Shown here: positions 11,564 through 23,990 of the stretch, in pieces
Layout of the letters: every line of letters begins with the position of its first letter
How positions within the stretch are numbered: position 1 is the first letter of the stretch
NCBI RefSeq assembly: GCF_963921235.1
Contig: NC_086108.1
Location: 30,320,001 to 30,384,000 of the forward strand
Direction of reading: 5' to 3'
Source: Mobula hypostoma
Lineage: Eukaryota
DNA length: 64,000 bases
Position numbers and translations under genes: made by a program
The notes under the pieces: model-generated
Databases searched by the model: none
The model's input: the letters and a program-made list of their open reading frames with translations, nothing else
What the model was told of the DNA's origin: nothing

Positions 11564-14500
11564 GCCTCTTCTTCCGGTACCGGGGAATTAGCGAACGGAA
11601 ACAGGTGCCACACGTTCGAATCATCGTCTTCCGATGAAGTATCCCTTTCTGGGGTGGGGACCGGTCCCGCCTCTTTCGCAGCGAGCTCTTCCCTTGCCCC
11701 GTGCCATTGCAGAGTCCTCGTAGTAGGCGTAAACTCCCATTCGGGCTCTTGGTCTACCTGCACCTCTCGACCCAGAGGTAACAGGTGGTTCCGATGGAGT
11801 ACCTTGACAGGCCCCTTCCCATCCTCTGGTCTCACCCGGTAAACAGGTAGATTCGGCAACTGGCTTTCTACCACATAGGGGGTGGCCGCCCAGCGATCTG
11901 CCAACTTGTGCTTACCAGGTAGTCTTAAATTCTGGATAGGGACCCGGTCTTCCGGCAATAATTGGGTGAACTTCACTTTCTGATCATACCTCCTCTTATT
12001 CCCCTGATTCTGCTTGGTGGCTGCCGCACATTAGTGTGCAGCACATACGGCTTCCGGGGATTGGCAAAAGCCAACACCGTGGCCTGTATCAGCGCCCTTT
12101 TCAGAGATTGGAATGCCTCCTCACATTGAGCATCCCACCTTGATCCAAAAGGCTCCGCCGGGTTCAAGTATCCTCCTGCCTCCTGCCCTCGGTCTCCCTT
12201 CCTTTTCTTCCCCACAGGTGGATAGCCACACAACAACTGGTTCAATGGGTGACTCATTTTAGCGTATCCTTTCACGAATCGCCGGTAATACCCACAGAAC
12301 CCCAAAAACGAGCGCAGGGCGCTCACCTTCTGGGGTCTCGGCCAGTTAGTCACTGTCTATCTTAGCCGGATCAGTAGCCACTCCATTTTGCGAAATTATG
12401 TGTCCAACACAGCCGACCGATGGCTTACAGAACTGGCATTTACCAGGGAAAGTTTCAACCCTTCCTCCTTCAGCCGACTCAACACCTTCAGCAGCCACTC
12501 CTCATGTTCCTCCAAAGTAGATCCAAAAACTATCAAGTCATCCAGATACACCAACACCTAGAGCAGGTTCATATCCCCCACCGTCCTCTCCATGAGCTTC
12601 TGGAAGGTGGCTGGGGCCCCCGATATGCCTTGGGGCATTCGTTCGAACTGAAAAAATCCCAGGGGGCAGATAAAGGCTGTCTTCTCTTTATCGGCCTCAC
12701 TCATCGGAATCTGGTAATACGCACTCCGCAAATCCAGACACTAAACCACTGCACACCACTCAGACAGGCCAATGCGTTTTCCACCTTGGGACCGTATACT
12801 GATTGGGGACAGTGCGGCGGTTCAGGGTCCTATAGTCCACGCACATGCGTACCTTCCCATTTTTCCTCCTAGCCACCACTATGGGGGACGCACGGGGGCT
12901 CCGGGACTCCTCGATAATCCTTGCATCCTTCAACTTCCGCAAGTGCTGCCGCACATCTTCTACATCTGCTGGGGCCAACCGCCGCGACCTTTCTCTAAAT
13001 GGGGTGTCATTCGTCACCTGGATAGTGTGACGAGTGCTTTTGGAACAGCCCACATCAAACTTGCCCTGAGAAAAGACATCCCCTAGCTTCAGCATTTTCT
13101 CCACCAGCCTTCTCTTATACCCCAGCAGTACAGGGGAGTCCTTAAAATTAAAGGCCTCCTCGGTCGGCCGCCCCCTGTTCTCCAATAGTTTTCCTCCAGT
13201 GGGACTCACGGGGGTGCTAGGCATCACCGTCACCGAGAACAAGTACGCAAGGGGCATCCTGCGCTTAAAGGTGATCTCCCTCTCTGTTGTGTTCCTTACA
13301 GTCACCCCCATCCGGCGTGCCTGTACAACCGAGGGCCTCTGCAATTTAGATCTCACCAGTACCCAAACCGGGAACCGGGACTCCCCTTCAAGGTCTTTCT
13401 GTCTACTAACAGGGCCTCGCCGGCCTGTATTCCGGGGAATCTGGGGTTCCCCATCACTAGTGCCACCTCCCCTGGCCGTATCACTTTAGGCCTCGCCTGA
13501 GTACACCCCACCGTCCCTCGTTTGAAGTCAGGATCCAGCCCCTGGGGGTCACCCACTTCTTTGAACACCACTCGAAACACTGGGTGTACTGAGTGGGTCT
13601 CCGGAAAGTTCTCCCCTGCCTTCTCCTTACAGGCTCCCAGGAGCTGTCGTCCCAGAGGGGAGTTGGTCCCCACCAGAGGGGCAGCACCACCTATTTCCAC
13701 TGGGTCCGGACAAACCAACACCAACGTCTCAAGGGCTTCCGACACTCCCACATCACCCTCCGAGAATTCCAATCTCACTGACAGGTACCCATCATAAGGG
13801 TAATCACCATCACATGCCTCAAATCTCCAGCGCATTAAATGGGGTTACTGGCAAATGCTTTAGATATTTGTTGTAGAACCACCGGTACAATAAGGTAACC
13901 TGCGATCCTGTGTCAAGGATGATTCTTGTAAAGATCCCCTCTATCCGTAGGGACATGCTGGAACAAGTTCCCACCAGTTCATTCAGAATAAGGGCTTGGG
14001 GTTTCGGGGGTCCCATGGCTGATTTCTGGGAATTTGTTCCTCCTGAAACTCCAGTGCATTCCCTCACTGAGTCTCTCGTAAGTTTTCTGACACCTCTCCC
14101 TTCTTATTGGCCCAGGGGCTTTCCCTCTGAGGGGTGCCTTGTCTCTCACAATCCCTCCGAAAGTGACCCGCTTCGGCACAGCTGTAGCACACCCCCAGCC
14201 ACTCACATTCCCGCTGGAAATGCCCCTCTTTCCCAGTTATAGTACACGCTACCTGCTGCCCCTCTCCTCCCGGGACGCCCCCCCACTCCCAGCCCACAGT
14301 GCGGGCTGTCCCCCGAAGCGGGTACTCTCCCTGTCCATCCCCTCAAGCGAGGGGTCCCTTCCTCCCCGGGACCACTTGGGTTTCTCGGTTCTGAACCCAA
14401 CCACCACCTTCTGAACTGCTGAGTACCGTCCCCGGTGGCCTGAGCCCCTTTTCCGGCCCAACACGCTCTCCTCCTCCCGCACCTCTCTAATCAGCTGCCC

Positions 14501-16691
14501 GAATGATGGAGGGGGGCTCCTTTTATAGGACTGCCGGAGACTCCAAGTCACCTTGTCCTCCTCCAGGGAACCATTAAATATCTGACTCATCCTCAACCTC
14601 GCCACTTCGTTCGCCTTCACTACCCCTCAGCGCCGCAACCCAGTAAACATTCTCTCCAGCCGAAAAATGTATTCTGAGAGCTTTTCCCCTCTACCCTGCC
14701 CAATGTGGTGAAACTCCGCTAAAAGCTCCCAGGGATCGCCTGACAGTCCAAACATTTCCTCCAAAGCTTCCAGATACTCCGCCAGGGAAGCCGAGGGCCG
14801 TTCCGCCTTCAACTCCCAGTCTACACCGGCCGCCCCTCCCCTCAAACTTCCCACCAATCGCTGTCTCTTTTCCTCATCTGAACCTGGCCACGCCTCTAAC
14901 AACTGGGACTTATTTTCAATCCATATCTCATAGTCATCCTCCCCTTCCAGGGTAGGCGTGGCTCCTGAGAAAATTCTCAGTTTCGGTCAGGGCCCCTTGA
15001 GCCTTCTCACCAGGGAGGTAATGGTGGCCTTCCCACTCTGACCCTCTACCACTGGCTACTGGCACCTCCCCTGGGGTCTCATCTAGCTCCTCCTCCAGTA
15101 TCTCCTCACTTCTTCCTCCGAGAGGGTGTGGAGGCCCCACGGCCCCCCTCCCCTTGGACGCCGACTGTCACTGGCAGTTCCAACGTCATGATGTCAGCAC
15201 TCGTACGAGCCAACACCCAGCTAGATTCCACTTCTTTACCGCACCTTCTAGCTACCAGTCCTACCTGCCCTATACCTTTGATCAAACTCAACCCTCGCAC
15301 TAGTACATCTCCCGAAATGCGGAAATCCACCCCATTTAATACGCACGCATGATTCACCGGTACGTCCTCTAACTCACATCAGTTTACAATCTTATCTCGA
15401 TCCATCTCCACACTACTTAACATGGCGATTTATACAGCTTTACCGAAAATTCAAATCCGGACGTCTGCCCCCACGATTGTAACGCTCAGCTATATTGGCT
15501 CGTATTTATCTGGGGAAACCCCGTCCACCGCCCACCTTGTCTCCGGGTTACCTCGGTTGCTGTATAACTGCCACCTGATTCAGCTTCAAACATCAATCAT
15601 CAGCCAGCACACAATGTACATTCTACCAATTACACTTTATAGATATTACTAAGTCTATGAGATTAATAGAGGTACAATACAAAAAGGAATGGAAAAGGCG
15701 CCAGACTTATCAAAGTTCAATTTCTTCGTGCACACGTTGGAGCTCGGGACCTCCTTTCTTCCCTCTGCGATCCACTCTGATCCCTTCAAGTGGCAGCCCG
15801 GGACGACCGGAAGTGATGGACCAGAGCTCTCCCCGTACATCCGTCGTCCTCACGGTCTCTCCTTCAACTCCCCCCCCAAAACCCCCTGGTTCCCAGCCAT
15901 ATGAGACACCACCCGGAGTGATGGACCAGAGCACTCCCCGCACGTCCGTCGTCCTCACAGTCTCTCCTCCAATTCCCCGCCAAAACCCCCTGGTTCCCAA
16001 CCATATGATCGTCCTCACGGTCTCTCCTCCAACTCCCCACCGGAAGTGATTGACCAGAGCACTCCCCGTACGTCCATCGTCCTCACGGTCTCTCCTCCAA
16101 CTCCCCACCTGAAGTGATTGACCAGAGCACTCCCCGCACGCCCGTCGTCCTCACGGTCTCCCCACCAAAACCCCCTGGTTCCCAGTCGTATGATCGTCCT
16201 CCTGTTCTCTCCACCAACTCCCCACCAAACCTCCCTGGTTCCCACCCATATGAGACAGCATATCACCCCAAGAAAGAATAATATGGACACCCATTGGTTC
16301 ATTTACTCTGTTATCTATAATATAACCCAAGCAAACTGCTAGCTAGAGACTTTATCAGCGTTTAACATAACAAAGAAGCCATTTTAATTAACATATGCAG
16401 TAACATAAAAGATTAACAAAACAAAAGTCATTTTGACTAACATACGCAGTAACATAAAAGAAGAAACCCTTTACATTAGGAACTACAAATAATTTGAAGG
16501 TATTCACGATCATCTTGAATGTTACAATGAAAATGAAGATTTGAAGGATGCAATCATTGAAATTATTGTATGAAGACACTTTATTATCTACGTTAAGTGT
16601 CTGCTGATTTTGTTCATTTACAGTCAATCAAAAGAACAGGGTATACAGGTTGAATTCCTCTGTTGATAACTTATAGTCAATAACTATAGTA

Positions 16692-17853
16692 CAGGTGCAC
16701 ATTCCTTTATCCGAAATACTGAAATCCAAAAAGCTCCGAAAATGGAATTTTTTTCACCAACAGCTGACATCACTCAGCTGTGTCGTGACAGCACTAGCAG
16801 AGGCCACCAGATGTCAGTTGTGGCTCAGCGCTCGTACTGGTTACACATGCATTTGCTGTTTGCTGATATTTTGTGTTCACTGTTGACTTTGTGTTTAATT
16901 CCACTGTGAAAATGTCAAAAAGAGCTGCAGATACCCCTATGGGTAACAATGAGAAAAAGAGAAGGAATCTTCTCTATCAATAACGCAGAAAGTGGAGTTA
17001 TTGCAGAAGCTTGATCGTGGTGTGTTTGTTCGGCATCTTACTGAAGAAAATAGTGTCGGAACTACCACTGTATATGATTTAAATAAACAGAAAGACAAGT
17101 TACTGAAGTTTTATACTGACAGTGACGTTCTACATTTATTCCAATAAGTCATTTACCATGTGTTTGATTCGGTTCATTTGAAGCTGTGTATCTTTATGTT
17201 TTATTGAATGTTTTTGTTGGAAATAAAATTTTGTCTTGTCATTATTCCCTAAATAATACAGTATAACAATTATTTACATAGCATTTACATTGTATTAGGT
17301 ATTATAAGTGGACACATGGCCAAATGGTTAAGGCATTCGACTAGCGATCTGATGGTTGTGAGTTTGAGCCCCAGCCGAGGCAGCGTGTTATGTCCTTGAG
17401 CAAGGTACTTAATCACACAGTGCTCTGCGACGACACTGGTGCCAAGCTGTATGGGTCCTAATGCCTTTCCCTTGGACAACATTAGTGTCGTGGAGTGGGG
17501 AGACTTGCAGCATGGGCAACTGCCTGTCTTCCATACAACCTTGCCCAGGCCTGTGCCCTGGAGAGTGAAGGCTTTCTAGGCACAGATCCATGGTCTTGCA
17601 AGACTAACGGATGCCTTTAATTTAATTTCGGTACTATAAGTAATCTAGAGATGATTTAAAGTATATGGGAGGATGTGTGTAGGTTTGGTGAGCCGCTGGG
17701 TCCTAAAGTCCACTGTGCTGAGACTGGTTAAATAAGGGACTTGAGCATACATGTTGTTTGGTATCGGGGGGAGGTGGGGTCTAAAATCTGAAAAATTCTG
17801 AATTCCGAAATGCAACTGGCCCCAAGGATTTCGGATAAGGGATTGTGGACCTG
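16692..17853 (+). mobile_element. Tigger/pogo element (Tigger4/MER46-like), internally deleted
   Basis: 26-bp TIRs CAGGTGCACATTCCTTTATCCGAAAT / CAGGTCCACAATCCCTTATCCGAAAT (3 mismatches); TA TSDs; CENP-B-type HTH remnant from ATG 16912: MSKRAADTPMGNNEKKRR/SLSITQKVELLQKLDRGV...TTVYDLNKQKDKLLKFY. Confidence 0.88.
17310..17629 (+). mobile_element. tRNA-derived CORE-type SINE
   Basis: A-box-like TGGCCAAATGG; B-box-like GAGTTTGAGCC; CORE-like TGTCCTTGAGCAAGGTACTTAA; (TTTAA) tail; 12-bp TSD GGTA(T/C)TATAAGT at 17298-17309 and 17630-17641. Confidence 0.82.
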
Positions 17854-18939
17854 TACTGTTGCAGTTTTTGAAGTGTTTTAATTTGTTCTGTATTTCATTT
17901 AAATGCATAATTTGTTACTCCATTGAACAGTAGCTTGTTTTTTTAATACCTTCTTTAACTACTTCCAAGTAACTTTGACTAATTGGGGCAGTGGTTTAAT
18001 TGGTCCAATATGTACTGATCCCAATGTGTCCCATTTAGAGTAAGGATAATACAGTAATCCACTGTAATACTTTCAATTTATCAGCACATACTTGAATGCC
18101 GTCTTAAGTGTCGTATAGTATGTAGGCATGGAGTGCATGATTATTTGAGGAACTGCAAATGAATGTCAGTGAATGCCTCGGCTTATTGAAGATTCTTTCC
18201 TGAAATAATTAAAGACATTTGAGCTTGGAATAATGCTCAGGGCAGTTTCCTGTGGTCGCCAAGATTTCTCTTAAACAACCACTCTCATCTTCCATGTGCT
18301 GATTATGACTCCAGCCAGTAGCAAGTTTTCTGCCAATTCTACTTGATTGCAATCTTTGATGCTGCATTTGGCCAGTTACTGTAAAAGCATTTACTTTCTG
18401 CTCAGCTTTAGAATTCAGATTTTACTTGCATTTGGTTTGTCTTTATTCTGGTCTGGAGCTTTGTGGTTTGGGGAGAACCACAGCTCACCCATCAGTAAGC
18501 AGGCTGTAAATGATTAGGTGTAACTTGGGAATCTTGTTAATGCTCTCCATCTACGTACTGATGATTGAGACTTTAATGATGGGGGAGTGGTAGTAATTAC
18601 AAGTTAGGATTTGTTCTGCATTTTGTGGATTGTATCTTATGAGCATTTTCCCACATTGTTTAGAAGATGCCACTACTCCATTCATTGTGGTACATTTATC
18701 TAAGGGTGCAGTTAATTCCTGAGCTTGTCTTCACTATCTGCAGTTTAAATGTTATTGGTCCCAAGTCTTGGTGTTCTCAGCCATTCCTTAATAGTTTGTA
18801 TTTTTTTAGTATTTTGTTGTAGTGGAGACCTCTGGAGGGAGCCAGGGCTGTGGTGGGGAGAAACCACATGGATTAATTTATTGAAACAAAGGAGTTATTT
18901 AATTCTTGGTTGTTATTTGCCACTGAATGTGAGAGAACT

Positions 18940-21615
18940 GAAGAAAGATGGCGCTGGTGATACACAAGTGTTTTATGGACAGCTCACAAAACTTCTCAGT
19001 ATACGTTTTCTAAGCAGCTATTGCTGCAATCTGCTGCCTTTCATATCGCTTTAAGAATGTAGTTTTGAACCGTCTAAAGAAACTAATGATCTTTCCAATA
19101 TCCTGAAGGGCTTGGCGGACTTGACTCTCAGGAATCTGATTCTGAATAGATTCAGTATCAGTTCCCGTGGACTGGAGGGTGGCTAATGTTGTCCCTCTCT
19201 TCAAGAAGGGAGGAAGAGAGAAAACAGGGAATTATAAACCGGTTAGCCTGATGTCGGTGGTGCGAAAGATGCTGGAGTCAATTATAAAAGATGAAATTAC
19301 GACACATCTGGATAGCAGTAACAAGATCGGTCCAAGTCAGCATGGATTTACGAAGGGGAAATCGTGCTTGACTAATCTTCTGAAATTTTTTGAGGATGTA
19401 ACTATGAAAATGGACAAGGGAGAGCCAGTGGATGTAGTGTACCTGGACTTTCAGGAAGCCTTTGATAAAGTCCCACATAGGAGATTAGTGGGCAAAATTA
19501 GGGCACATGGTATTGGGGGCAGAGTACTGACATGGATTGAAAATTGGCTGGCTGACAGGAAGCAAAGAGTAGCGATTAACGGGTCCCTTTCGGAATAGCA
19601 GGCGGTGACCAGTGGGGTACCGCAGGGTTCAGTGCTGGGACCGCAGCTGTTTACAATATATATTAATGATTTAGATGAGGAAATTAAAAGTAACATTAGC
19701 AAATTTGCCGATGACACAAAGCTGGGTGGCAGTGTGAAATGTGGGGAGGATGTTATGAGAATGCAGGGTGACTTGGACAGGCTGGATGAGTGGGCAAATG
19801 CATGGCAGATGCAGTTTAATGTGGCTAAATGTGAGGTTATCCACTTTGGTGGTAAGATCAGGAAGGCAGATTATTATCTAAATGGAGTCAAGTTAGGAAA
19901 AGGGGAAGTACAACGAGATCTAGGTGTTCTTGTACATCAGTCACTGAAAGCAAGCATGCAAGTACAGCAGGCAGTGAAGAAAGCTAATGGCATGCTGGCC
20001 TTCATAACAAGGGAAATTGAGTATAAAAGCAAAGAGGTCCTTCTGTAGCTGTACAGGGCCCTGGTGAGACCACACCTGGAGTACTGTGTGCAGTTTTGGT
20101 CTCCAAATTTGAGGAAGGACATTCTTGCTATTGAGGGAGTACAGCGTAGGTTCACAAGGTTAATTCCCGGGATGGTGGGACTGTCATATGTCGAAAGATT
20201 GGAGGGACTGGGCTTGTATACCCTGGAATTTAGAAGACTGAGAGGGGATCTTATTGAAACATATAAGATTATTAAGGGATTGGACACGCTGGAGGCAGGA
20301 AGCATGTTCCCACTGATGGGTGAGTCCAGAACCAGAGGCCACAGTTTAAGAATAAGGGGTAGGCCATTTAGAACGGAGTTGAGGAAAAACTTTTTCACCC
20401 AGAGAGTGGTGGATATATGGAATGCTCTGCCCCAGAAGGCTGTGGAGGCCAAGTCTCTGGATGCTTTCAAGAAAGAGATGGATAGAGCTCTTAAAGATAG
20501 TGGAATCAAAGGTTATGGGGATAAGGCAGGAATTGGATACTGATTGTGGATGTTCAGCCATGATCACAGTGAATGGCGATGCTGGCTCGAAGGGCCGAAT
20601 GGCCTACTGCATCTATCGTCTATTGTCTATTGAATGCAGATATGGCACCTTTAAGGGAACAAAGCTTGGCCATCACCATGGCTGGAAGAGAGGTTGGCAG
20701 GGAACACTTCAAGCCAGACTAAAATGGCAGGATGTAAAACTTCCTCTACCCAGTGTCTCATTAGGAAATGCACAGTCACGGAGAGCAAGGTAGAACACAT
20801 GAAGGCAAGATTGCTGTATCACAGGGAAATGTAGCATTGTTGTGCTCTCTGTTTTACAGAGACATGGCTCACCTTGGACAAGCTAGATATGGCGGTTAGT
20901 CTCAAGGGTTTCTCGATCCACCTTATGGACTGGGCTGCTGATTTGCAGAGAGCAAAAGGTAGTGGTCTGTGTTTCATGATAAACTCTTTCTGGTCTTCAG
21001 ATGTAGTGGTCTTGTCACACTCTTGTTCTCCCAACCCGAACACCTAATGATTAAGTGCCGTCCATTCTATTTACCAAGAGAGTTCTCTGTAATCCTGACC
21101 GCAGTTTACATGCTGCCAAAGGCCGATGTTATGTGAGCACTCAATGTATTACGTGTCACAATTAACAAAGAAAAATCAGCCTACTCTGACACCTTTCAAA
21201 TCATTGCTGGGGACTTCAGTCAAGCTTGCTTAAAGAACCTTCCTGAATACTTTTGGGTGTATCTTAAGGATTTTGGGCTGCTGATCATAAAAATCACCAT
21301 GAAATTCCCTATCACTGACATATCACCTGCAGCACTTGACCACTGCCACACTACCATAAAGAATGCCTACAGTTTGATGCCTGGACTACATTTTGGGAAA
21401 TCTGATTATCTGGCTGTCCTCCTCCTACCTGCATACAGGCAGAGGCTAAAGTGCATGGCTTCAGAAGTAAGGATAATGAGGAGGCGGCCACGGGAGGCAG
21501 AGGAGCAACTGTGGGACTGCTTAGACTCAGTGGACTGGGCAATGTTCCAGCACACATCAAAAAATCTGAACGAATATGCCATGGTTTTTATAGACCTTAT
21601 AGTCAGTTGTGGATG
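18940..21615 (+). mobile_element. Degraded Rex1/Babar LINE 5' half (AP endonuclease), interrupted by CR1
   Basis: AAGATGGCG start; endonuclease remnants LCFTETWL, IAGDFS, LDHCHTTIKNAY, GKSDYLAVLLLPAYRQRLK. Confidence 0.7.
19165..20632 (+). mobile_element. CR1 LINE, 5'-truncated (RT domain, few stops)
   Basis: [53 protein letters not shown]; (TCTATTG) tail. Confidence 0.93.
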
Positions 21616-21682
21616 AACGTTGTGTATTTAGTAATTGAGTAATACTTGAGTAATGTTGTAGGTGTACTGGTTGTTTAAGCAT

Positions 21683-22285
21683 TGTAACACTCGCTTTGCC
21701 TAGTGGCATGATCTTGGGGGTGGTGCCCCCTACCTGGCCAAACTTTAGCACTCTTCTTTGGGTGGACATTGCATGTTGTGTCCCCTCTGTAACATCCGTA
21801 TCTCGAAATAATATTCAGTCCACAATGTGCAGTTAAACGAGTAAGATTTGTTATTCAAGTATGGGGTTAATAGAGAAACAAAAGAAAAGGAAAACAAATA
21901 AAAGGTGCCAGTAATCTCATAATCATGTCCAGTGCACAAACGTTGGAGCTCACGGATTCCCTTTCGCTGATCCTCCTTTGCTAGTCAGACCCTGGGCTCC
22001 CGCCCCGAGCCCAGGCCCAGTGGGTCCAGCAACCGTCTCCTCAAGCCACGTCTTCTCTTTTCATCCTCCTCGCGCCTTCTTCCTGAAGCCCACGCAAACT
22101 AACAGCTTTCACACAGACAGAAAGAATAACATCTATCCCAATTGGTTAGCAAATAAATACAAGTCCTGTTATCACTAATTATAACGCAAACATACTGCAA
22201 TAGAGAACCACTGTCTCAGCAGTTAACAGTACAGAGAAGCCATTTTATTCACCGTAGCAGTAACGTAAAAGAAGAAACCCTTACA
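21683..22285 (-). mobile_element. Solo LTR related to the LTR family of the 9615-16475 element
   Basis: TGTAAC...TTACA termini; shares terminal GCAGTAAC(G/A)TAAAAGAAGAAACCCTTACA with those LTRs; flanks CAT/CATT. Confidence 0.75.
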
Positions 22286-22777
22286 CATTATTTGTTGTTT
22301 GTATAATAAATTGCAGGTTATATGTAAAATTACGTAAATGGCATACATCATCACGCCACCACATGATACATATGTGCCTTGCCTAAAGTAAAAATCAAAG
22401 TTAGACTTAGATTCCTGGCTCTCTTGTTTTCCTTTAAATGAGTTTTTGTGTCTTGAAGTTACAAAACATAAGAGTGGCGACAAGGAAGTTTTAAACAAAC
22501 CTGAGATAACTACCTACCTGTTGAAATTCAGTGAGACGTTCCAGTTTAAAAAAAACGCAGCGAGAAACGGTCAAGTTAAAAAAAAATGCATCGCATGTTC
22601 TTCAGAAGGGACAGATGCTGTTGGGTTTTTAAAAAGGCAGAAAATAGACAAATTCACGAGATTTTTCCGTCTGCCATCTGATTTCTAAATGGACATTGAA
22701 CCCATGAACACTATCTCATTACATTTTATTACTTTTTTCTATTTTTGCACTACCTAATGTAACTATTTAAATATATA

Positions 22778-23200
22778 TCATCATCATCATCATCAGGTGC
22801 CATGCCGAGTTTGAGCTTTGACTGCCATGGCTCACACACTCCTGTTTTGGGTCAAGTGGATCAATTCATTGGTCTTCATTTCCAGTTCTCTGGCTGCTGT
22901 CTCCATCATCATTTGCCTTTATCTTCCTCCTGCTTTCTTCCCTTCAATCTTTCCCATAATTACCATGCATTCTAACTCCTCTTTCCTAATCACATGTCCA
23001 ATGAAGTTACGTTGCCTTTTCATGATCTCATACATTACTTCTCTTTTGTGTTTGCTCTGTTCATGACATCTTCGTTAGATATTCCTTTCGTCCATGATAT
23101 TCTTTTTATCCTCCTCAAAAACCATATCTCTGCTGCTACAATTTGTTTCCTCATATTACTAGATATTGTCCAATATTCTGAGCCGTATAACATAACTTGA
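22778..23200 (-). mobile_element. RTE-clade LINE 3' fragment
   Basis: Reverse strand reads VMLYGSEYWTIS...AAEIWFLRRIKRISWT; (GAT)n tail appears as CATCATCAT at about 22778-22795; inserted in an AT run inside a Rex1-type 3' UTR. Confidence 0.8.
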
Positions 23201-23291
23201 TAAATATATATACTTACTGTAATTCAGCTGCTTTTTCTATTATTATGTATTGCATTCTACTGGTATTGTAAAGACAACAAATTTCACACCA

Positions 23292-23990
23292 TAATGGTAA
23301 GACTCTTGGCAGTGTGGAGGATCAGAGGGATCTTAGGGAGGTTGACTCTGTGGTTAAGAAAGCATAAGGTGCTTTATCAATCGTGGGATTGAGTTTAGGA
23401 GCCGAGAGGTAATGTTGCAGCTATATAGGACCCTGGTCAGACCCCACTTGGAGTACAGTGCTCAGTTCTGGTCACCTCACCACAGGAAGGATGTGGAAAC
23501 CTTAAAAAGGGTGCAGAGGAGATTTACAAGGATGTTGCTTGGATTGGGGAGCATGCCTTATGAGAATAGGTTGAGCGAACTCGGCCTTTTTTCCTTGGAG
23601 CCACGGAGGATGAGAGGTGACCTGATAGAGGTTATAAGATGATGAGAGGCATTGATCGTGTGGTTGGTCAGAGGCTTTTTCCAAGGGCTGAAATAGCTAA
23701 GATGAGAGGGCACAGTTTTGAGGTGCTTGGAAGTAGGTACAGAGGAGATGCCAGGGTAAGTTTTTTTACGCAGAGAGTGGTGAGTGCGTGGAATGGGCTG
23801 CCGGCAATGGTGTTGGAGGCGGATACGATAGGGTCTTTTAAGAGACTCCTGGACAGGTACATGGAGCTCAGAAAAATAGAGGACTATGGGTAACCCTAGG
23901 TAATTTCTAAAGTAAGAATATGTTTGGCACAGCTTTGTGGGCCGAAGGGCCTGTATTGTGCTGTAGGTTTTCTATGTTTCTGTCTTTCTA
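23292..23990 (+). mobile_element. CR1 LINE 3' fragment
   Basis: LYRTLVRPHLEY...QRRFTRM, FFTQRVV; 3' end nearly identical to the copy at 53310-54755. Confidence 0.9.

Larger units (their letters stand above)
9615..16475 (-). mobile_element. Ty3/Gypsy LTR retrotransposon with PNMA-like gag; frameshifted; RNase H and integrase core deleted
   Basis: LTRs 9615-10552 and 15478-16475 (TGTAA...TTACA); TSD TTAG at 9611-9614 and 16476-16479; minus-strand PBS TGGGGGCAGACGTCCGGATTTGA (tRNA-Pro-like) next to 15478; PPT next to 10552; gag EEKRQRLVGSLRGGA, knuckle CYSCAEAGHFRRDC, protease LDTGSQ, RT CVDYRTLN and VYLDD, integrase C-terminus VLHRNHLLP. Confidence 0.93.
9231..18064 (+). mobile_element. Tigger/pogo non-autonomous DNA transposon (outer element), split by a Gypsy element and a second Tigger
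   Basis: TA|CAGTAG at 9229-9236 and ATCCACTG|TA at about 18057-18066; transposase C-terminal remnant GWQEISSKTIQNCF..CGF (ORF 9463-9780); sequence resumes after the Gypsy TSD at 16480. Confidence 0.7.

Noticed and set aside
17310..17385. tRNA gene
   Set aside because: No complete cloverleaf; it is the head of a TSD-flanked SINE
19937..20509. Long antisense ORFs over LINEs (also 61782-62330 and 56736-57329)
   Set aside because: Shadow frames of CR1 and Penelope RT coding sequence
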